64,000 nt of DNA, from contig CAIOPG010000009.1 in the NCBI GenBank assembly GCA_903860135.1, positions 37,916-101,915 of the forward strand, in the 5' to 3' direction. The notes below the pieces were generated by a model, which saw nothing but the letters and a program-made list of their open reading frames with translations, was not told the DNA's origin and did not search any database. The number at the start of each line of letters is the position of its first letter. Position 1 is the stretch's first letter. Positions 61,501 to 64,000 of this stretch are shown piece by piece. The DNA comes from Candidatus Omnitrophota bacterium. GTDB lineage: Bacteria > Omnitrophota > Gorgyraeia > Zapsychrales > Fredricksoniimonadaceae. The position numbers were made by a program, and so were the translations under genes.

Positions 61501-63998
61501 GCAGAACCTCCGGTGATGCCTGCAGCGAACGGCCCCAGATGTAACGCCAAATTAAGATTTTGTGCCCACAATCCAGCGGTTACACTCAAACGGCAACCCT
61601 GCCCGGTAACAGGATCATAGGCAAGAAAAACAACCGGCGGAGAAATTCCGGACAGATCAAACTGCATCTGCATCAACCAATGGATACCCACATCGACTTG
61701 CACAAAACCACCCGAACTATCCGTCAACTGGATAGTGCCCAGATCAAGGCTGAATGTGGTGCGGCTATTAAATACAGCCTGCCAATTGATCGTCATGTCC
61801 AGTTTGCCATTATGGATAACAAGAGCAAAAGCATCATCGCTTAGACCGAGCGCTTGTTGCACAGCATTTTCGACATCCTGAATGCAATCGACTCCGGATT
61901 TCTGCAAGGTTTGCAGTTTTGTCTCAAAGTCGCTGATAAATGATAACACTTCCGATAATGAACGATTCACCACAGGCAATGGCTGTGTGTAAAACGATTG
62001 GCCTTGTAACTCATTATCAATCCAGCTGATAGCATCTGAAATCGCGCCTAAAATATTATCAAAACTCAGGGCTCCTGGATTCATGCTGAATTGCGGCAAG
62101 GTAATGGCATCCGCAGGGATATGACTAAAATCAGTGATATCCACCAGCAAGGCATTATGTCCCTGGATAACCGACAGCCCCGGAACCCCTTCAACCCAAA
62201 CACTGCGCAGGGCAAGATGCAAAGATGCCGTAAAAACCGGCTCTTGTACAGCTGTTAATACGTCCGACAGAGAATAAAATTCATGATCTCCGCTGGGTGT
62301 CGCGACAGTAAGTCCAGCTGAAAAGTTGACCATGGAATTTGTTCCCGGCCCGCCGGCAGTGCAGCGGATGAATCCGGCCTTGGCGACAACAAAAATATCT
62401 GTCACATCAAAAGCCACGGTCCCATTTAATGTAAGTCGGCTAAAAGTCACGCTCATATCGTCTTCGGCTGACACCGGATCATTCCCATCAATATCCAAGC
62501 GGACGACTACGCCCCCGGCAATCGTGATCGCGGCATTGAACCGGGCATCCGTTATTAAAGAAATGAGCCCCTGGAGAGCGTCAATATTAAGATCCAATGG
62601 TTTATTTTGCAGATCCGTCGGCAAAAGATTTATATTGAATGCCAGCGGCAACGTAAATTGTGCGGTTAAAGGATCATAAGCGAGCTGGCTTCCGGCAGGG
62701 AGTAACCCGGAACGATTAACTGCGGAAATAAAATCATTCAAGGTTTTAATCGGTTCACATCCAGCAGCATATACGGTATAGGACAGGCTGGTTTTTTGCT
62801 TATCACCCAGTGTTAACAGTTCCGGTAGCGGTGCTATGGCGAGGGTGCGATAGTCGATGCGGCTCAAAATCAATAATGGCGACAATCCCGTCAGATACAG
62901 CACACGGTTTTGCCATGATTCAGTGCTGTCAAAGATGACAAAACCTTTCAAGATAGCTGTAATAATGCTCGACGGAATAGCAGGATTAACTGCGGCCAGC
63001 GATAAAATGGTGTTTTCAGTTACACTTGGAAGGAATTCAAAATCCGTAATTTTCTTATCATCGAGCGATTGCGCAGTAAAGATTGATTCCAATGCTATGC
63101 GGTATGCTGATATGTCACCAAGCTCTGTCTTTAAAATACCGGTGTTTCCCGGTGCCGTGAACGCCCATTGAGTCACGCCGTTGACGACGGTTGATATTAA
63201 ACCGCCGCCGGTTCCCTGCCCGACAACAACCCCATCAAACGGGATACGTGCGTTCACTTCATCGCGGATAGCCGCAGCAAAATCCAGGACATCGCTCACC
63301 GGGCGATTGATCACGGGGATCATAACATCCCTAATAGCAGGATTTTGAGCCAGCGGTGCCAGCATATCGGCAAGTTTTGTAATCAATTCCCTCACATCCA
63401 TCATGCTTAATTGACGGAATGGATTGAGTTGATCCATATCGGTAGGGATGATTGTTGGCGAGAAAGCAAAAGGTACATTGCCCGTGCCCCCGCTTAAAGA
63501 GAGGGAAATCGTCAGTGTCGGGATATGCAATGGATCAACGGTAAATAGGGGAACTCCTGAAAAATGAACATAGAGGGGTAAGGTCATTGTTAAGTGGTTT
63601 GTTAACGGATGCCCCAGAGCATCTGTTGGAGAAAAGGTCAATGTCTCACCAGATGAAGGGGACAGTGAAGATGTCGCCGAAAACGTGAATGTACCGCCAA
63701 TGGCCATATCCACCGTTCCCTTCTGTCCGCCGGCATCTCCAATACTGATGTCCAGAGGCCCCAACATGGCAGTAAGGATTAAATCATTGGCCTGTGCCCC
63801 GGCTGTAAACGCGCAATGATTAAAATTAAAATCGAATGTACCGTCACTGCCATTGGCTCCGGGAGTGTACGTCAGGGCCAATTCAATATCCAGTGCTACG
63901 GCAAGGTCAAGGGTCGCAGAACCAGTCAGCTGTATGCCTTCCTGCGAAGAAAGTTCTGCCGGCAACACCAGCGGTGTTGATTGATGATAGGAAGGTTT
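43518..63998 (-). CDS. Giant (>6800 aa) secreted/surface protein, 5'-truncated: RTX-like repeats, FHA-like beta-helix, FG-GAP propeller
   Basis: Frame stays open to the window edge. GGxGxD repeats at about 58560-58960, DxDGDG/DLNNDG FG-GAP repeats at about 47800-48850, and long G.I.L.A beta-helix-type repeats. Confidence 0.9.
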   Translation of the reverse strand, partial: KPSYHQSTPLVLPAELSSQEGIQLTGSATLDLAVALDIELALTYTPGANGSDGTFDFNFNHCAFTAGAQANDLILTAMLGPLDISIGDAGGQKGTVDMAIGGTFTFSATSSLSPSSGETLTFSPTDALGHPLTNHLTMTLPLYVHFSGVPLFTVDPLHIPTLTISLSLSGGTGNVPFAFSPTIIPTDMDQLNPFRQLSMMDVRELITKLADMLAPLAQNPAIRDVMIPVINRPVSDVLDFAAAIRDEVNARIPFDGVVVGQGTGGGLISTVVNGVTQWAFTAPGNTGILKTELGDISAYRIALESIFTAQSLDDKKITDFEFLPSVTENTILSLAAVNPAIPSSIITAILKGFVIFDSTESWQNRVLYLTGLSPLLILSRIDYRTLAIAPLPELLTLGDKQKTSLSYTVYAAGCEPIKTLNDFISAVNRSGLLPAGSQLAYDPLTAQFTLPLAFNINLLPTDLQNKPLDLNIDALQGLISLITDARFNAAITIAGGVVVRLDIDGNDPVSAEDDMSVTFSRLTLNGTVAFDVTDIFVVAKAGFIRCTAGGPGTNSMVNFSAGLTVATPSGDHEFYSLSDVLTAVQEPVFTASLHLALRSVWVEGVPGLSVIQGHNALLVDITDFSHIPADAITLPQFSMNPGALSFDNILGAISDAISWIDNELQGQSFYTQPLPVVNRSLSEVLSFISDFETKLQTLQKSGVDCIQDVENAVQQALGLSDDAFALVIHNGKLDMTINWQAVFNSRTTFSLDLGTIQLTDSSGGFVQVDVGIHWLMQMQFDLSGISPPVVFLAYDPVTGQGCRLSVTAGLWAQNLNLALHLGPFAAGITGGSAVFNADGVLANAIPASLTITLTSNTNNLINLNVLDSNLQFGFSTSLPVTVDIFGSRLDFGLVACQGYFDQTGFHFVNTGTLPNFSERINELLSGAGFGGNPLELLIDDPSNVISGLDMALGAMQDVFGSALAQNIPFLGSSLGDTVHFLRDFRNGFLTDLRNKLDGTGKTVELIRQSLFDLLTTPQHVLLTDSDGNNLITIADIQVRWMNKDGTNQLWHVGERVPSGADAIQFDLILGGTLIDSSVQIPLNLDLPGFGFSLDGGFGLVGEWSFDFGFGLSLANGFYLSTNSDPTNPELKVNVGAVLTGIGGAPFKANGKLLFFNLTATDEGNNNPDSPFTTSGLFGSLSLNIDGGSADRLTLDNVFSRPLDKIFKIDFGVEADINLRLELSVANGGWLPSLAGDFNLDWGWSLQGGTTQLVTGLNNLGIKMDSLFGNVLLPIASKIQNTLGPIKSVIDTISQTIPGLGPLLQSRGYAPNMMGLISLVASTQNKTIDWSFVNDARYLLNMVDRIVAVSQSIAHDGVILLGDLGGLGTAFCQASNPASNSGQLEEVMTALKGAGNADGNASPLDDRKLFDISPLFKLDNWMAVFTGGNAVLFTSTLPLLQFSMNFRQQLAMIPLGPIQLSISIFGGFSAMADLSFGYDTSGIRKAIDSGNYLDAMDGFYLNDFDINGKDKYELTFTASVGLEAAVGFLIVRGGLGGGLNLNVGIDFQDLNNDGRIHGSEVATMFGYNGDGFFNLVNMDATLSFFANAFVDIYVPFHWERLLNYPLCNQVLWSGSYRAPVVAPYLADVSSGVMHVHSGSLAYQRQYIDKDDGNETFTLTGSGSTVTVTYREWTQTYEGVTSVVAHGGNGNDTLDASGLLDIPVTFFGDDGHDRLTCGVAGGVLDGGNGNDILNASRALKDVSLIGGSGNDRLTGGNVGGILDGGDGNDILTGGAGNDVLNGGSGDDTLRGGEGHDRYIFNDDFGNDTFSDTFGQTFLDFSGMNKPLDAIIGATSVAVTSDSSSINALRTVVPQLNLGSGNDNVTVSSLPENPMTIIDAGGNDTYWIVMAPVNPTDIKKTLAIVDNGGAFDEIVIEQKFTMDLTTRQQIPLVLEPYAILSGDSRVDFGVVASDGSQTSGIERETMIGFGTRFASRHGNVAVDGDTIINVGGTVAIAGTGPGGLIDLDSVGLRVIATVINNAVLQGPVRAGHILLHALGSINTRGVSLEAVDNGYIELASFGNGYVTRQSLLNAGVIATDLSGLLEYLRSQGVIIFNSSSEDMTAPLWLQPFVSGLTDASGLILSAANEKYRQLLYALFNQTAVNSNVNIDLLASVTGSNAAGDGNGSGWIRLMAPLGSITSMGAPIKVSAGHLVLFARDTVGSVAAPITTTVAKLSVTTSVSGSGNIVIVESDGLTLQASSTFSIENDGFTLRAYAAIPGWSTRLINAVGHQPWDKAIDAGHGNISITLNNQASLLTLATGKIVAHGYLAEIALTADDMDFKSGINSIIGTGTLVIRAKSDPWQYTFGTAAEDALGHNEDDPGYIQSATVDLRPSLDLSTRDLAAIKDGFTLLQFGVNNADAVSKNVMILGRLTVNDNVQYHADTLTVWGIVNVYDDPPNNIGGHCTLIADDIEIKFTDIHTSVSAGIFAGEVSILATNTLQIWGFMRVQGNVMITAGNNLHKDTQITSLRLGDKAEIVVLQDNASIDIRSLNNALMAGVIRSDATADNNWVRIYGEEDVVQETGIISVPGSWDNNGPSIFIQADKSLTVSGKIFGGINELLGGGFIKTQRGNGAWVVLNGTRNVSVTGLVATANVLTFNDHGSVERFTLTGTVYSLGSAQDINIKAIDVILAGNLIGDGVATSIMVAADNTLLVSGAIRADKDIALIVNGRDTGDGLTLTTAGSIISGNGLINFTATEDIQSDGIISTNGQASTVTMMAGHDITIANGVNRCAVTATRGIALTAGNNLTLKLTGTLEVIHPSAVITLHAGKAMRLAGIVVADADNAVITCTALADFSLELGALIQTTLNNSQLLVSAEHSVAIKGDIAAGYSQDMAIGVWLQTGTNSSASLFSAWRMDITGTVTTSGHMQLDCGIDNSGVSLLMSGTLRTLAPNDTLVVRGDNDIRLLGNIFVSGAGSGISIKSSRQVYVDGEIQSEGKVVINGGVSSVYIVTATDALTSNILVSEAVLEVFTGGVPHLVRVHPDRANQTREDLAQDVQWALREAGFTIVAADGQVMDSITVTLTVDNKLQFTSGHDFSITGLGGSATLGLTDSNAALPLNGWQWVSAMGLIPANGQLTADISLVVNISKGTMTSHVPVVVLASATADNVTRWDLAADIQDACITAGLTTLDNGIVNGDMVARVEGNSIVLGSKYFFSLIGIRNTGLLGLNDGYTNTTSFYTVTGAWDILYADGILPDTVQFQVTAADTSVIVTVNSGTSLWDLLAQMQSQLPSGINVGLFGAKLFLSSTSSFSIQPLKNADCLGFDGFDELTANTAVPWSNVDLTLLPSSDKIFLGITRATLEGTHAVVSDFTITGVTQATQASNMYTVIHNTAVLQPFQFAVVFGANNTVQLLSQISFTLTAIGHTEICQGTNNLLIPAVAADEHFRFVATGDLLLTQDPIAVVLERTIINSNGLIQKQMINLRTMSTIWGSAAAIQQALINAGLVEMKVWIIGGRLVMDNPVSFSITGVSNSEFFGITTDHLTAQRAHASVIVTKVGRITSMHQADQLVSINIVGENQVRILGVMTAVGDGAIISIKANEQMFLDGTVEAQGAVDITGGDDASSSASVVFTSSSGITARMMTVYAMQDAVILGNCDARAAGGIISITADAHILIGGFWDGLYSGGILSADDAILLNGRSTSGFSVDIDGASILSTVTVNSRINITAGFHARILGGVVAGGVMNDVLVHQTVVGRTLTVFDTQSSISITVLGQVRVGLFLFAGKSILITAGNGVSVYGSAQIKTFADNGTIDIRAGQGILELFATPYSLAIETANWPQHTGGVLPDSVQFTLSVETEKNVFRQVLVNISKTITEDNRSVAGLIADVQYAINAALKTAGLGSDSPTPVSIQVILHDGKIVFTSEGQRFRITGGMNAILLGLSTGTVDAIEPVAMISAAALGGRVLLSGDAAFYIGGSIDSFAGLVFTGGGAGREITVDVPAVIRTRNGSIDFILDAGSNFMMKGLLSASGDGSSVGINGGSVLTISGSITANNAIMMVSGHLSVGQTQSVGITKTAVLSVATGNITIMGNGDIIIDNPINMSYSGSTLTVHTTNGVIWLGKDYGRIDVAGNVVLSGRALNLEGVIGATILSEGIELKADLNASLTGFIATDGNITLTAGQDILVTGKVTTAHGNIMMSAGWNFTTGRVANVIYNDQSDLMVQFGAIFEASHQIILRAAQATDALNTALLYLSPATILQASAGNTPITLILDSGMNIQLAGQLNCAKVEITAHASVLIGGKGYVNGVSATVPGSITAMDNIAIVAGSFYLDAGSLLTANWSGNILNAIDIKTTAGDTLLSGSMTALGSNAVIQVQSAGGLQVGGLILAGQRVTLGSGLKTNVMGASGVIPDLQIKRGAMVDTLSVNGNIDLESTGIIAVEGWVGAHSGGQQEINGAGAVTITTNSLVYVVGSVDNQGKSFDARVMAHQRILMEGIGGLIVTQGASITALDPWVSRVDIHGFNGDISLSAAIDTDALPAIISAGNSIWIEARNLSVGGTLVATGSIDALALQYLQITGVVKAGQAVSCIAGERDVNGFFTGKKDSAGSVLGNITISDAGQIKVISASARVDAITLKAAHNVTIVSANATGGSMLREISYVRPEETKVSYQVGIIREPSGTIQEQVIEYFLTTYMKETDWTPVLKGNWYYTLNVNVDQIGWYDVKTGKEYQTGAGDSSTITVNASPDGTFAVAYNPDTTALRQLYLVTYASGSGEVHTTLNGKDLVLVSDSDALRSLIANGTIAPSMVSPYAEQGYVYILRSDYLSVKRNNINLHIMEYVPEWNGLNDYEYIHCKDFLGTAYTSLPVDKRPDFWLKILKGAKQDIQKAIALPADPLEYVDVGNTWLTAKVQLHQIGWWWPGWKDGLDRNAVILKADGTVNTAIIRDGFTWKNDWVPSTLSVGQELTIGWFADSRTAVTDGPAYDYYNSGLFQQGVQQPGPEWVQWYMLEYVKNSGQRNIIINDASGQNSYSYAEDPVWTKSANYSTASFQAALSTRSNAVDFSQTAVIDAQGLSFKVFCMADMDGDGVAELIIAREGAYVSTLEILKYNAVTGAWNGVIGYVIDSPPVAVQAGDLNNDGKMDLALVTKNQGMQLLFNTGNGIFIDPIILDARPGQDVQVADVNHDGNLDVAYCPLPGLDADGNEIILNPVIYEGNGKGGFTARSGPDFPCSYYGGNKITLTDLNGDGLLDFIAPLLQIGPTYLAIYFNQGNGQWSDRLQLCYQVSSFVVIDMNNDGIMDIVTQSSTRWYSPNDSQMHTDESVIVWLGQKDAFGAVNWQEFWSDIRTDSNWLGGALTAQDFDRDSFKDIIVSLANGDVEVWYGDGAGKVDERKVISHGNKVKLLTVAYDFNQDQINDLVFQQENGDIMFAIRQQITFYIEAPYYYQMISGELRKVSALDDIAFWGGVRELSLINSANNTTSSRFTYSFDSRMTDTIPVNAQQKTDILDVYVGDFGDSLGSYRDNWGVQATGWYFILDNHYSVGQAWVDSAGSYYYVYARESSWFQQRWWIQRYSPIYAHYGSAQPRYSTYDLVRWENAQQSVVWDQVVTGSHWQYQGHIQDIANIDGNSATGWLNNQWVQNLQWINTLYGDVSATYPVTNVMADLNTRNYAPPTPPYILVDDFESRYHYMLDTIYNNHTILDPRRHLNYQVVSQVNLIYQDAPVIQPVTEIHQKITTVEKTAWKTTAVTQDETVLNYVVINKSVIVTPPEYALDALQGTIRIIAGNQVGIQAKIQAMNGDIFIAAASLDIVDAQQCQANGMVELNTAVGLLMLTGEGNVTIHETDDISLGDITLSNHGVLFLTAGGAVNGATDTTLNLAALDVTAQKGINVYNSGNDSLLLQRLMSHEGGVTVRTQGNLFIDYLHSTGTITLDAKGDIQENLPGDSTVDIEANKLILRSGGTLTLDMELDVADTLEIDVPGGFDINFTTPLECALIVNASDVITVTRLQTIDKSVSLLTPKDILIVQLDAGSGLVKLTAGSWISGLTAGVNLQAFEAQLLAGKGIGNISTRLAILSAKSSDGPINVTNTGALSLNNIMAAGDITLFADQLTSTPGTYIDTAHLNAGAVSGMSLNTRITILTAQTSNGCINISETDSILLDSVINHNGSINIMAARQVVVGSVISEMDTTGNDITIFVSMGDVQIDYLAAGINYGKVSVYAAIGAIYELPTDSLVDLKTGVDVVAQRTDFKALLVGSLTNPLLNLEFNVKSLQIIARDLNLISDGDVYLNADVLGIVNVTATGSITAYHLVAKGGKIILSAGKDIQIGYIDAGSDTGVITLSAAGSVYEILATDPDADIVAGKTFINAGVSIAGIDPARHLEMAVKVLQAVCGTGGTIAFNKVSIAGQSADIELTSINAPQGTINISSSGNILISGMVSTGTVKGDIILVASNKVYMNGNSPLTANTLTLTVGIGSYLCTDIAQLTASIASGIFEISEKDAVLLFNVINKNGAIRILAGGTITTKSVIASLDAKGNNVALASTAGDVLIDYVAAGPKYGQVSISAMTGNVREIAAYDTAVDIVASQAILYAKGEIGSKTTPGLNLELNVGAVYKNTGNNFFLNVTGDIDLFCYVSGSVNITATGTINIIALQTTGNGVTIVSQNSNIIVGRLQSMTSGANIALTANGTITVNPLAYDGGLAGITGEGNLNISTGYMVQLTGDVHIAGSVDFTTGAIQISGQLIAKGDVNLFSDLGTTVTGLVRSITGGILIVSDFGSITLKGMLDAKMDITLISFDRLYLYGMISSGRNVTIWSMRSVVNNGKIIAQGTFYFFPRIFMPYYRMPWFMMYWR

Positions 63999-64000
63999 AG

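Noticed and set aside
1-64000. tRNA, rRNA or integrase genes
   Set aside because: None recognised by eye; a covariance-model and HMM scan would be needed to exclude them formally.

Overview
Bacterial chromosome segment that appears to contain the replication terminus. A canonical 28-bp dif site lies at 9144-9171; genes on both sides mostly point towards it, and GGGCAGGG (KOPS-like) octamers switch strand across it. Left arm: acnA (5'-truncated), leuC, leuD, aroC, an SDR and a cNMP/patatin gene. Immediately left of dif is an AbrB-like/RelE-like toxin-antitoxin pair, a broken second toxin copy and an orphan XerC arm. The main finding is an apparently complete PM2-like (double-jelly-roll, membrane-containing) provirus with no recognisable integrase. 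Its unit length is 10,080 bp and it is inserted in dif, bounded by a 19-bp direct repeat (9154-9172 / 19234-19252). Its inferred attP has a perfect XerC arm and central region but a non-canonical XerD arm, so it probably uses host XerCD. It carries a lambda-O-like initiator with five internal palindromic iterons instead of a rolling-circle Rep. Its predicted early promoter and HTH gene are cut off from rep by integration, and a GAGCCCGT motif is scattered through it. Right arm: mutY, nadK, HAD, queH, a 29-aa stand-alone small ORF, dusB, two GT-C glycosyltransferases, phoBR, gnnA-like/lpxB, a Pif1-like helicase, a V/A-type ATPase operon, PilZ, and the last 20.5 kb of a giant (>6800 aa) surface-protein gene. 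The host is an LPS-bearing diderm; Omnitrophota is a guess only. All family calls are from reading motifs by eye; no searches were run.
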